A DNA stretch of 63,837 nt, the filler included, from Atractiella rhizophila (taxonomy: Eukaryota), in NCBI GenBank assembly GCA_021432655.1. It is 4 parts of 4 records of this genome, joined end to end, with 100 filler letters (N's around TTAATTAATTAA, not from the genome) between each part and the next. Parts side by side here need not be neighbours in the genome. Positions count along the whole stretch, not along the records: positions 48,368 to 63,837 come from MU271931.1; 3 more parts are not named here. One strand, written 5' to 3'. Of this stretch, positions 48,730-60,565 are shown one piece after another. Position numbers and translations under genes: made by a program. Within the stretch, counting starts at the first letter, position 1; each line of letters starts with the position of its first letter. The notes under the pieces are model-generated. The model had not been told where the DNA came from and made no database searches. It saw only the letters and a list, made by a program, of their open reading frames with translations.

Positions 48730-50412
48730 ATGACGGAGCAGCAAACAGCCAGCTTTTGGAATCGTTCTCCGGAACTAGACTCGATGGCACTTGTCCATGT
48801 TATCACCCCAGAGCATTATCCCGATTCAATCCACCTCTCCATTCTTCCCTCCTTCCTGTCTAGCCTATCTTCGTCAATTCACACGCTCCGGATTGCGTTT
48901 GTCCTATCTCGTTCATTGAACAGACAATGGCATTCTGGAGAGATATCCTCAAAACTGTCTGATTTATCACTTGAATTGGTGAAGAACGCTCTCCACGAGG
49001 AAGGTGTAATCAGCCTTCACATTACCCTCAACTTTAAAAATGTCACAGTAACCTGTTTCGATATTGAAGGGGATCCGTCGGCTGAAGGAGCTCTCGAATC
49101 AGATGTCAATTCTCCTGATTCATACAACGATACATTTACCCGCACGTTTCGTCTCCTTCACGAGAATGTCATCTTCGCCCCCATAGCGTTGTACTCTAGA
49201 GACAAAGATTGCTTCCACCCTATCAGTAACGACGAATCATCATCCCTCCCTCCCCTCCCTCCCGGTAGCATCATCCAACTCTCGGTCCCACCTCTAGATG
49301 TTATTCCGTGCTTAATCTCATGCTTGCCTGTGGAGCTCCTCTCTCTCATATTCAGTTTCTCCGGTGCTTCCGCCGTCTTTGATGTGTGCAAGCTCTGGAG
49401 AGAGGTTTCAGCTCCTTATTGCGACGAACCTGATTCTGTGGTGGAAAAGTATAAGCGGCTGAAATCCTATCCTGGTGCCGGACGACTGTGGGAGAAACTG
49501 TGGTTTGACGAATTTCTGAGTGTTGAGATGGCGAGAGAGGTCATCGTGGGCTCGCCGAATGTCACGAGGGTGTGGATTCCTGCATTTTGGAATGAAGAGG
49601 AGGCGAAGATAGTGTTGCATGCGATTGAACACTTACAACGGGTGCATGACGTCACCTTTGAAGACAGCGGTTTCGGAAAGTGGAGGTCGCAGCAGATTGA
49701 GGACTTTGTGAGGAGGGCGAAAGGGACGATCGCACGACTGGAAGCTTGCTCTGTGGAAGACTGTTATGGTCTTTCAACAGGCCTTCACTTACCTCCTGGC
49801 CTTACAGAACTCAGCCTTCAATGGTACCCGCCTCTTGCATCGCTCTTCCTCCCAAACACGCTCACAAAGTTGTGTCTGTCCAATGTGTGCCCACTCCCCC
49901 CATCCATCTCAGGCGACCATCTTCCCCCTCTTCTAGAACATCTTGAGATCCATCTTGCACCCTATTCGCCTGACGGAAAGACTTCCATCTTATCCATTCC
50001 GCTGGACTTATCACATCTCACGCATCTTACTTACCTCTGCCTCGACGGTGGCGAGGAAACGTCGAACCTTGTTCCCCACCAGTTCTTTAGCACTCTAACA
50101 AAAGCGCCAGCAATACAACACGTTGACATTCGGTACTGCGATGTGGACTGGATTGATTTCCCAGGCTTCATCTGCTGGTTCTTTGGGGACCGCGGGTTGA
50201 AGAAAGTCGAGAGGAGGGTTAAGGAGGCTGAAGAGCATGGATCTGAAAAGGAAAACTGGACGATCGGACGCAACCTATATGTGCTTCTATTCTTTGGAGT
50301 GTGGTCTCCGGGGCAAATCGAGGTGTCAAAACAGGTCATGAGAAAGTGTGGAGTGAGCGAGAAGGACGAATCGTCATGGGTTAGGGAGGCCGGAAGAACG
50401 TGGCAGGCATGA
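48730..50412 (+). CDS. F-box-like / LRR (RNI-like) protein, intronless ORF
   Basis: ISCLPVELLSLIFSF...VCKLWREV (F-box-like) followed by LPPGLTELSL, LPNTLTKLCL, LPPLLEHLEI repeats. Confidence 0.75.
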   Translation: MTEQQTASFWNRSPELDSMALVHVITPEHYPDSIHLSILPSFLSSLSSSIHTLRIAFVLSRSLNRQWHSGEISSKLSDLSLELVKNALHEEGVISLHITLNFKNVTVTCFDIEGDPSAEGALESDVNSPDSYNDTFTRTFRLLHENVIFAPIALYSRDKDCFHPISNDESSSLPPLPPGSIIQLSVPPLDVIPCLISCLPVELLSLIFSFSGASAVFDVCKLWREVSAPYCDEPDSVVEKYKRLKSYPGAGRLWEKLWFDEFLSVEMAREVIVGSPNVTRVWIPAFWNEEEAKIVLHAIEHLQRVHDVTFEDSGFGKWRSQQIEDFVRRAKGTIARLEACSVEDCYGLSTGLHLPPGLTELSLQWYPPLASLFLPNTLTKLCLSNVCPLPPSISGDHLPPLLEHLEIHLAPYSPDGKTSILSIPLDLSHLTHLTYLCLDGGEETSNLVPHQFFSTLTKAPAIQHVDIRYCDVDWIDFPGFICWFFGDRGLKKVERRVKEAEEHGSEKENWTIGRNLYVLLFFGVWSPGQIEVSKQVMRKCGVSEKDESSWVREAGRTWQA

Positions 50413-50463
50413 TTCTCTTTCTTTCGCTTTCAACTTTTCATCTAACGTGATTCACTGTGACAG

Positions 50464-52008
50464 CATGAATCCTTTCTTCATGGAGATATCGACCTGCAAA
50501 AGTCTGACTTATCCCCAGCGTTGGTCAATGTCGTTGGGTCAACGACACACAACGGTTTACTCCACGTTTCTATTCTTCCCTCGTTTCTATCACGCCTACC
50601 TTCGTCGATCCGCGCACTTACCACTTTTGTCTTGCCTCCTCGATCTTCAAAATTATCCGGCTGCTCATTCGAATACATAATTGATTCCAATCCCAAGATT
50701 GGTCCGACAGCAAATTTATACATCATGTGCGACGCAGAACCTACCACAATGACCCACAATGACGGAGGGACTGCAGTCAACGTGCCACGAAGGGTCATTG
50801 CTCGTACGTTCAGGTTTGGAGAGGCCATGTTCGCCGCCATCGCCACGTATTCCGAAGACGAACGGGGTTTCCTCCCCAATCTCCAGGACAACTCGGGATC
50901 CCCTGCAACCATTATCCAGGTATCGCTCTGCCCGCCAGGTGTTAGGCCATGCCCGGTCTCACGACTCCCTATCGAGCTCCTCACTCTCATCTTCGATTTC
51001 GTTGCAGGTGGTGAAGGCGGAAGAAGTGCTCCCAATCTATCTACTGTCTGCAAGTTCTGGAGGGATCATTGGGTGCCCTATTGGAATGAACCTCCTTCCT
51101 CAAAATTGAAACATGCTCGCTTGAAACGTTATCGTTCTGCCGGGCGTCTGTGGAGGAATCTTTGGTTGGAAACACACGTCGGAGTTGAGATGGTGAAAGA
51201 AGTAATCGTAGGCTCTCCGAATATTAAGGAAGTGTACCTGGATGCATTTTGGAACGAGGACGATGCGAGTAAGGTATTGAATGCAATTGCACGGTTGAAA
51301 TATGTGGACAAGGTGACATTCGGGAGCCTTGGCCGGAGGAAGTGGAGGAAGGTAGAGGTGGAGGATTTTATGCGGAGGGCGGCTGGGAAGATTACATCGC
51401 TCGGTGCTTCTGCAGTGGACGGTCTAATCTCCACCTCCTCTGCCCTTTCTGCGTCAACGAGCCTTCATTTGCCTCCTGGGCTTACACACTTAACGCTTCG
51501 CGACAATTCGCCACTCTTCTCTCTCTTTCTCCCAAGCACTCTACAAGGCCTAACCCTCTCCCACATTTGTCCACTCCCGCCGTCCATCTCAGCATCACCT
51601 CTGCCGCCACTTCTAGAACATCTTAAGCTCGAGCTTGGGTCCTTCTCGTCTGATGGGATGACCTCGGTCCTAGCCCTTCCAATCGACTTATCACACCTCA
51701 CACAACTCACCTACCTCTACCTCGACGGTGGTGAGGAAACTTCAGGACTTGTTCCCCCTCAGTTCTTTGGCACTCTCAAGAATGCAAAGGCAATTTATGA
51801 CGTTGACCTTCGGTGTTGTGTAGTGGAGTCATCCGGGCTCCCAGACTTCATCCGCTGGTTTTTTGGGCCTCGGCGGACTCATAACGAACGATCGTTTTGT
51901 GTTGTTTTATTCTTCGGAGCATGGTCCAACCTGGAGATTGAAGACTCCAGGAGCACCTTAAGGAGGTGTGAGACAGAGGAGAGTAAATGGAGCCTGAAGG
52001 AGTGCTGA
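50464..52008 (+). CDS. F-box-like / LRR paralog; no ATG at the homologous start, possibly a second exon of the upstream ORF
   Basis: VSRLPIELLTLIFDF...LSTVCKFWR; strong similarity to 48730..50412 (AGRLW, EVIVGSPN, AFWNE, LDGGEETS). First in-frame ATG only at 50725. Confidence 0.72.
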   Translation, partial: HESFLHGDIDLQKSDLSPALVNVVGSTTHNGLLHVSILPSFLSRLPSSIRALTTFVLPPRSSKLSGCSFEYIIDSNPKIGPTANLYIMCDAEPTTMTHNDGGTAVNVPRRVIARTFRFGEAMFAAIATYSEDERGFLPNLQDNSGSPATIIQVSLCPPGVRPCPVSRLPIELLTLIFDFVAGGEGGRSAPNLSTVCKFWRDHWVPYWNEPPSSKLKHARLKRYRSAGRLWRNLWLETHVGVEMVKEVIVGSPNIKEVYLDAFWNEDDASKVLNAIARLKYVDKVTFGSLGRRKWRKVEVEDFMRRAAGKITSLGASAVDGLISTSSALSASTSLHLPPGLTHLTLRDNSPLFSLFLPSTLQGLTLSHICPLPPSISASPLPPLLEHLKLELGSFSSDGMTSVLALPIDLSHLTQLTYLYLDGGEETSGLVPPQFFGTLKNAKAIYDVDLRCCVVESSGLPDFIRWFFGPRRTHNERSFCVVLFFGAWSNLEIEDSRSTLRRCETEESKWSLKEC

Positions 52009-52603
52009 TTTCACTACTCCAAAACGATGCAATACAATGATAGGACCCCATCGCACTTTAGCTCTCTGAGGATGAGCTAGATTTCTTTGTGCATAGCAAA
52101 GATCTGAGTAGCGATATGCTAGGATCCTTCTGCTCAAAGTGTGACCTGCTTTTTGAGGGTTGCTGCAAGCAAGCGCGATTATTCATCGTTCTCCCAAATT
52201 TTGCTATACTTATCCGCAGTGGACTGAAATTGGTTTCAAATTAGGATAACAACAATATGACATATGCTGCCATTTGTGAAGGTCCCCTGCTGTGATGCAT
52301 GATGTTTTGCAAAGAATTTAGCGCAGCAGAAGTATTCGGCTGGTAGGGTCAAGGAAGGATCATAGGAGGATAACTTTGGCCTCGATCCTGTCCCGGTGAA
52401 GAGTGGCTTGTAAGAGTAGGAAAACGAAACTTGGAAGAGCAGAGGGACCGGTGGGTCAGTTGAAGCGTTCCGTTTTCAAAGTCACCGAGTGTTAGGTCTT
52501 CGAGCTGTAGCGCAGCGGTCGTCTTCCTCGTCAAAGATTTCTCGACTAGATTGCAGAAGTTTGAAAGTGTAACCAGTGTGACATTATTCACTAATAGAAT
52601 AGT

Positions 52604-54771
52604 TCACTCACTTCGAACAAGGAACCTTGCGCCGTCGGTCGTTTCTTTCCACTTCTCATCTTGCAAGGCGCGCTCCAGTTCGCTTCGAACGTAGTCGTGA
52701 AATTGAAACAGATTCCATGCTTTCTCCTGCTCAGTGAGCTCGTTCTCCATCGATTTCACCGCCTCTGGGTCTTCACCATCCAATTCCATCGCTGCGAACG
52801 CCATCAGCATCTTTTTCAATGACTCTGTGTCTTCATCATCCAACACAGACCCTGGGACTTCATCTTCTTTGGCTTTAGCTATACGATCGAGCGCCACTTG
52901 GAATTCGACTGCTGTGGATAGCGTGTCCAGCAGACGGACGATGAGTCCTCGTAAGGTAGGGGGTATAACCGCAAAATTTCTCGCTTGGTTTATCAAACCA
53001 AATTTTGACACCCAGGCATCTTGGTTATTCTCTTTGCGGTCGAATGTTTTGAGGTATGACCTTCGCTCTTGTTCGGTCAGTCGAACTGGGCCACAATTCA
53101 CCGTTAACCAAAGGAGCACGTAAACGAAAGATTCAATATCGTCGGCGACACAATGTTTCACCCTAGGTTTTTGTATGAGTCGAAGGGACAAGAACTGATA
53201 AGTACCCTAAATTTCCATTTAAATGAAATTATAGCAGATCGTGGTGATGTTCACACTTACGGTTCGTTCGCGCAGCCGCGCTGACACATCGTCGATGCCC
53301 TTTGCAAATTCCCAGTCTATAAGCATTCCTCGCGCTTCCCCGCCTTCGGTTCGTAACAGCAGTACATTCCCAACAGAGACATCTCGATGGAGCAAGTTAG
53401 CAAGCTGGACAGCCTGTTGGTGTGCTGCAATCCAAGTCATTCATCGTGAAGAGAACAACTGGAAACAGACCTGTGAAAGCATCCAACAGAACCTTCACCA
53501 GCTCCCAACTCGATCTGAAGTTGGACAGCGGTTCTCCCACCTCGTTCAGGACAATCCTATAATGCTTCATTCTGAACCCGCCCGCTCCAATCGCTTCCTG
53601 CAAAGGATTCTTGGTCTCCACGTCCTGATCAACGAGAACAGTGGCGATATTTGGGATTTTTCTGTCGTGCAGATGGGCATATATGGTTCCTTCCTTCTGG
53701 TACTCCATCTTGCGCCATGTATCCTTCAGCAAGACGATTTCCTTCCTTTTGAACAAATACGCGCGGTAACATTTCGTTCCACGCCCAACCGCCAAAAAAT
53801 GACTGCTTGTGAAGGGCTGGGAAATATAGAAGCTCTCCCTGCCCACCCAAACCTTGAAAAGAGGAGTGTCGTCATCTACCTGGAGAAACCTCCTCGCTTC
53901 TTTTGCTGCAGAATCACAGCCAGCCGGTGTAAAAGTCAGGTCATACCCTCTTCGATCGGGAGGAGCGTGAGTGTAGCGGTCGATGTAATCGGATAACGAG
54001 TTGTCAAACCTAACGTCGAAGCTACGAGACACTTTCGATCCGGCGCGAGAGTGAACAATGAGGCGCGCGAAGGCACCATGGAGAGAAAAAGAGAAGACAC
54101 AAGTGCGATGTTGCAATGTCTGGATAACCGTATTGTAAACGGTAATTTGGCCGCGGATATCTCGTGCAACTTTAGAGTCCCGTTCGAAAGGAGAGCGTTT
54201 GGAGTCGAAAGCATCAAGTATTTTCTCTGTTTTGAGCTCTGCAAACATGTCGACATCTCGCATACTGTTCCCTTCCACCGCGACCGCTTCCGCCGAATAC
54301 AACACCAGGTCAGGTTTTACCGCAGTATAGTCGTAAACAGGATGTATTGTCTTATCGGGGAGCGCAGAAGTATCGACCCAGTGCCAATCACGAGCGAGGT
54401 AGCGGTCTAACCCAGTGATCTACACTACTTCTCAACGCAGACCAATCACCTCAAGGTTTTGAAACACTAACTACTTGAGAATATAGCTCGCTTTCATTGG
54501 AAACTGGTAAAGAGATTTGGATAGGGCGAGGAGGTGGTCGCGATTCCGAGTATTCCTCTGGTTTTGGTGCAGGGAGCATCTGAAGAATTTCCTCAACGGA
54601 AACCTCTTCAAACTTTCCACGCATATCGCGCTCTGCGAGTACATAGGCGTGCTCTGCATTGGAGGACAGGGAGAAAGGTGCGGTCGCGTTGTCTGAGTAG
54701 TGGTGCGGCGTGCTGGGAGGCTCTAGTAACGCCTTCGATGAGGACTGATTCGAGGTCGCTGGTGTTGACAT
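52604..54771 (-). CDS. Fungal-type protein kinase (FunK1 / Pkinase_fungal); multi-exon
   Basis: FAELK, RGQITVY, HRTCVFS, GRGTKCY, LLKDTWR, HYRIVL, LLHRDVSVGNVLL, GMLIDWEFA, GTYQFLS, DDIESFVYVLLW. Confidence 0.92.
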
Positions 54772-56477
54772 TTCTGGTTAGGGTTAGGGAAGCAGACGAA
54801 CAACACGCGTTTACTCCTGCTTAATTAGTTGAATTCTGTCGTGCTGAAGAGAAGAGGAGGCAGAATGGGTTAGGGTCATCCCGCCCCTTCTTCCGTAGCC
54901 AACTTCCTCACATTTCAATTGCGATCCCCTCACCTACGTCTCCTAGCCCTTTCCTGTCGAGGGGCTGAACCCCACACGATAGCTCGCCGCCTCGTTTCAG
55001 AACGAAGCGGACAGAGTCCAAGTCAATCCTGACACTGTTGCCCTTGGTTTCAGGAGCGGAAAGGAGACGGTGAAGGTAGAACAAGATGTGAAGGAGCCAT
55101 GAACCGACCTGAAAGCTTCCCTGTTGGCATCAAAGAGGAGATAGCTTCCCAGGGTGGAAACTATGTCCACATCACGTCAGAAGATAGGAAAGGTGAACTC
55201 ATTGCCATGTCTGATGCCCTTGAAAAACAGCGCGGAAACGTTTTGTGTGGGTCAGATGTGAGTCTCATTTCTGGCTGAGAAAGTAAGGATCCTCTATCAT
55301 CCAAGAGGCTCTATCGAAAGAGGGAGACCATTTCCCTTAGTCAGAGCATGAAGGAAACCCTCTCTCTAGCCTCTCATGGAACGGCCGGATTTCTCCAACT
55401 CCCACCTCCCAAAAAAGCCCAACTCCACTCCGAATGAACCTCCAGCACTTTGCAATCCTGGAAGCCAAACCCCGGGTACAATAACACAACGGCGCCAGCT
55501 TCGTCGAGATCTCCCTGCGATGCTGCCAAGTGTAAGCTGCAGTGCTTCTTCAATGTGGGCTTTTGAATGTGGTAAAGGCTTGGATGAAAGGGACCTCTTT
55601 TCGGGTTATCCCTCGTCCTCTCACTCCTCTTCTCGCTCTCGCTCTCTGCAATGGACTCGGAGCAAGACGTCACTATTAGCGTATTAGCGTGAGTGATCCA
55701 GACGAGGAGGGAGCCAATACACAATAAATGGGCATGTAGATAATGCTATGTACGAGAAACCCTTGACTGATTGAAGGTGAAACCAACTGGCAGAGAAGGT
55801 CTAACAGAAAAGCAAATGTGAGTGAAAAGAGACACTCATGAATTGCACCCTGGCTGGGTTATAACGCTACCGACTGCGAGAGTCTATCCCCTTTTGATAT
55901 TTCTCCATCCGCCTCCTCAATCAGTCCTGCCAGCACAGCCTGATAAACGCTCGCATATTGTCTTAAGTTCGCAACACGCTCATCGGTTACTCTCCACCCT
56001 ATCGCTATGGCAAGTGAGTAGTGAGTTCTCGTCTGCTGCCCCAAAACTGCGGGGAGTATCTGTCAGCGGAGCCTCAAGGGACAAAGGAAGACGCCGTTGC
56101 CCCAGTGAGATGGACCGGAGCAGAAAGACGAGGTTGGTACAGTTCCGGGTAGTAGGAGAGGTAGAATTGACATTCGTGGGGTTAGCCAAACGGGGAGGGA
56201 GGGAGGAGTGCCGCTTATATGCGCGGAGAAAACAGCTGTCAGAATGAATGGAATCTATCACCATGAAGCTGCCCGTACGTCCCCAAGCTGACAATGCACT
56301 AAGATGGGTTCAGGCTTTGATGGCGCGATGTCCGAGGCATAGTCCTGTTGCAACTTGTTCTTAAGATGTTGGGCGGATTTGATCTTGGACATTCCGCTCA
56401 TCAACGTTCATCAACCTTCATCAACGAAACACATTGACCAGCATTCGGAAAACTCTTGTACGCTACTCCTTCCAAGC

Positions 56478-57057
56478 ATGGCATCTCCCTCTCCTCCGTC
56501 CACCACAACCCTCGTCATCAACCCATCCCCACCGACTCCTCCGAACCCTGTCCTCGTCTCACCCTCCAACCCCGACTCGCCGGCGCCCCTCCTCACACCC
56601 CAATCACCTTCCACTGAGCCGAAACTCTTCGATGTCTCTCTCGGCGAGGCTATGCAGGACTCGTGGTTGACTTTCAAGGAAGTGGCGAGCGAGGATGCTA
56701 AGAATTTGAGGAGACCCTGGACAAAGATTGGGGGCGGAATCAGGGCAGGGAGGGCGTTCAGTCTCACTTCTACTTCTGCTTCTACAGGAGGCAGGACCAC
56801 TGGCGATCAAGCTGCGAGGGAGGAAAGAGAGAAGGAGCGAGAGCAGGAGAAGAGGAACGAGGAGATGTTTTCTTTCGAGCACGTCTACGACTTCTTCTCT
56901 TCCACTTACTGATGTGGTGCGGAACAGCTATGACACCGAGTTGAAAAATGAGACGAACGTCGCTTCGAGCAACCCTTCGTACCGCGAAGAGAGCGATACA
57001 GAAACTGCGAGCGTCACGTCACCCTCTTCCCCTTCCAGCTCGTCCTCTAAGATCTGA
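56478..57057 (+). CDS. Small Pro/Ser-rich hypothetical protein
   Basis: ATG at 56478. A candidate GC-AG intron (GCACGT...ACTGAT...AACAG) extends the frame to the stop at 57055-57057; without it the ORF stops at 56912. Confidence 0.45.
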
Positions 57058-57424
57058 GTACTGTCTTGTCCTCTGCAATTCGCTGACTGTCTCGCCGCTA
57101 CAAGTCAGAATTAACCCTCATCGAAGTGTCAGTTCGACTCTCAATGTCAAAATAACAACATCGGCATGTCTCCATCTTGTGCTGAACGAAAAAAAAATGG
57201 GGGAAAAAAAGTAAGGTGCGAATTGTAACCTGTCAGAGTTACCTTGTTGGTTTGAAGTGGTTGTCAGTATGCTATGGACGCTTTTCTGGACTTTGGCTCT
57301 CTTGCTTGTTATCCCCGCTTTCGTTGTGCATCCTTCTTGGCGATCTGAAGCAATACCATATCATATCTGTGCCTATCAATCTACACATCCGGCCTAGAGC
57401 TTGTGATGCGACCCCAAATGCACA

Positions 57425-58908
57425 TCAACCCAACTTCAAACACCCCGTCTTCAATCCCTCACCGCCGTATCCTGCCACGCGCCGCGCCAACTCCGCCTTC
57501 CTCCTGCCCGCGGCTTCCGCCTCGCTCGTCAGCTCGTACGTGGTTGCGAGGTTAAAGAGGAGGGCCTCAGTGGAGAGGAAGGAGGAGGGGGAGCGATCAA
57601 GGATGGTGTGTAGGATGTTAGATGTGGATGACAGACGACCGTGGAAAAGGTGGGTCACTGACAAGTTATTCGCCGCCTGTCGTCGTCGTCATCCACATTG
57701 TTTCATAGTAGAACACAGGGGGACGGAAGAGGGAAAACTTACCACGTAATCGGTAGGATCGAGCGTCAAGCATTCCCTCCAACACGCCTCCGATTCCGTC
57801 CACTCAGCCCTCGCCGCGTGGAGTAAGCCTCTGGCGACCAGCTTCGTCCTCTTCAGCTCTTTTTCTTCTTCTCCATCCCCTCCTAAGGTCTCTAGAGAAG
57901 GGGATGAAGAAACTCGGAGGTTCTCGATCTGATCAAGGATGGATGTGGCGCGGTTTAAGTTCCCGGTGGTAATGCTTAGACGGAGGAGGGAGAGCAGGGT
58001 TGGCGCGGTTGGCGGAAGGGAAGATAACAGAGAGGAGGCCGAGGGATAATCCTTTCATCAATCTCTCGTCAGTTTCACGCTTCGAGTCTTACCAAAAAAG
58101 TGAAGGGGACAAAGGAGGACAAACCCGCATTTGGATCAAAAGTCCAACGACCTCAAATACCAATCTCGTCCCTCGCTCTTCCCAGATCGGATCTGTACCT
58201 TCGAGCGCGGCGCAACGCCGTATGAGGACGGAGAGATTAGAGATAGCATCCGGAGGGCTGTTCTTCAAAGCAGGCAGACGAGCAAAGAACACCTGATGGA
58301 TTCAAGGGGTCAGCATTGGTGCGTTCATCGGAAGGAAGAAAAGGAGAACAGACGAGGAGCGGAAAGCAGAGGGTGAGGGAGATGGTCTCTAACGGGGGAA
58401 GTAGAGCTTGTAAGGAGGACGCTTCGGATAGGAGGTGAGCTGAGAGACGGAGTCGGAGGAGGGAGAGGAGTCGGAGGTGCCACCACTGTTTCGATTGTGT
58501 TAACGCGTCAAATCGCGAGGGCTGTAATATGAACCTGACAGAGAGTAACGACCTACTTCAAGTATTTCTGTGGTGTGAGTTGCATCTGAATCCACTATCT
58601 TCTCCCTTGCATATTCCGCCACAGCTCTCCAGCGGTTCTCAGCCTAGCAGAAGTGTCATTGATCGACATCCCAAAGCACAGAAACATACGATCAATCTCT
58701 CTAACGGCAGTCCATTTGAGCTCCCACTAAGGTCTCTCTGCGGTATCTGTCCCGGTGCGACGTGTCTTTGAAGTATGGAAGTGAGAGGGTCTGTGGACGG
58801 GAGCGAAGAGGAGCCAGATGAGTCGCGGTGGAAGAGTGACGAGGATGTCAACCCTGGGATGTATGTATCTTCTGGCTGTGGAATCGTAGAGATGGACAGT
58901 GGAGGCAT
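57425..58908 (-). CDS. TRAPPC12/TTC15-like TPR protein; multi-exon
   Basis: C-terminus EALLFNLATTYEL...ELARRVAGYGGEGLKTGCLKL; ANNLSVTHLFHGRL; helical TPR-like exons. Confidence 0.7.
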
Positions 58909-59037
58909 CGAGCTTGCTTATGTAAATCCTGTCTTCCAACCTATGAGTCACAAGTGGTAGTTTGTGACAACATCCGGTTTGGACTTGGCGACAAGTGCAG
59001 AGGTCACAAAACCGATAAACAAAGTCAGTGACCATTT

Positions 59038-59782
59038 ATGATGGCAGAGCCAGAACGCGATCCCGATGAGGAGACGCCGCTGTTGGCATCACACTCCCCC
59101 GCTTCCATCATTCGTCGGGTTAGGTCCGTTTGGAAGGATTTCATCGGTTAGTGCCAGTGCTTCCTCCTCTTTACTCTCAAGCACTGCAGCTAATAAGATC
59201 CACAAAAAGATTTCGTCGCTTCAGATAATGTCCTTCAAGTAGCCGTCGGTCTTATAATCGCTCAAGGGTTCACTTCCGTGGTTAATTCAGTCGTCACCGA
59301 CCTGCTCCTGCCTCTCGTCTCCCTCTTGCCTTTCATCCAAAAAAACTTCGCCCAGAAGTTCTTGGTTCTTCGATATGTGCGTATCCTACTTTCTCCTTTA
59401 CAATAAGCATACTTGTCCGCTCAAAGAGTGGTTTTGTCAGGGTCCGCATCCTCCATACAACACTGTGGATCAAGCGCTTGAAGACGGTGCCGTGGTCATG
59501 ACGTATGGGTATGTTTTCTCTTACACCTTTCGAGACAAAAGAATTGACTTGTGAACAATCGAAAACAGAGCCTTCATAAGCAACGTCGTGAACTTTTTCT
59601 TTCTTGGTGTCTTCCTCTTTTCCGTCGCCCACGTCTACACCTTCATCACCAAGAAACCCATCATCTCTCATACTGTTCGTTGTGAGTATTGTCGGAAGTA
59701 CGTGTCTACCAAGGCCAAGCGGTGCTTCAATTGTACCAGCTGGTTGGACGGAAGGGAAGAGAAAGCGACCAGTACTAGGTGA
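59038..59782 (+). CDS. mscL: Large-conductance mechanosensitive channel MscL homolog with a C-terminal CxxC...CxxC motif; 3 introns
   Basis: Spliced: WKDFIDFVASDNVLQVAVGLIIAQGFTSVVNSVVTDLLLP...YNTVDQALEDGAVVMTYGAFISNVVNFFFLG...CEYCRKYVSTKAKRCFNCTSWL. Confidence 0.88.
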
Positions 59783-60565
59783 CGTTCAAGCAGTTCTCAG
59801 TTTCTTTTGCGTGAATCTACGTAACGTGGGCTCTTGGGTCGGAAGTTCAGCATGCCGTTTCTGTCCGCAATGTTGCAACACCGGATGTGCAGTGGTTCAC
59901 AAGCTAGTTCTGTCAGCAAGACTCTTCTTATACACTGCCCTTTCTTCTTTCAGTAATTAGTAACAATTTATGCACTGAGAGGATTCGTCCCTCCTGTATT
60001 CGGTTGGCGTTGAGATTTGAAAGCGGAACGTCGAGTATTGTCACCACACAGCAATGGCAGGCGCAAACGCGTATGCAAAACTTGAGATTGGGTGATAAAT
60101 ATCTCTTAACGTTAGAAACAGAGGTTGATAACGAGGTATGTAATTGTCGGAACCTGAAGCCCGTTCCATTGGTCTAACGGAGATGTCCTTGCGTTCTCTC
60201 TGCTAGACACTACTGTGATGCAACATTAAGAGGCAGTAAATTGAGTGTCCATATGAAATTAGCAGGAAATATTATAGGCTCTTTCCAAAATCAAAACTAA
60301 CGCTTGAAGGGTTTTAAGGTCCATTTATAGTACTAGTAGTGAGCGACTTGATGAGAATTATAATACTTCAGAAAGCATAACCCAGTTTCTCGCCAGATTC
60401 GACGAGCCCATTGTCCCTCAATAAGCTAGCACGTATACTGGTGGCGTCATGAATCCAGCAACGAAGTCTACATACAGACCGTATGCAGCTTATTGCGTTC
60501 GTGTAGGTATATCCTTGAAGGAGAGTAAAAGTTGAGAAAGCTGCTCAGCAGTCCGTCTCGCTCGA

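Noticed and set aside
55330..56300. Several short ORFs on both strands
   Set aside because: No recognisable motifs and no consistent exon chain could be built.
60130..60220. Small hairpin CCGTT...AACGG suggesting an ncRNA
   Set aside because: A 5-bp stem only; no tRNA or snoRNA boxes to support it.
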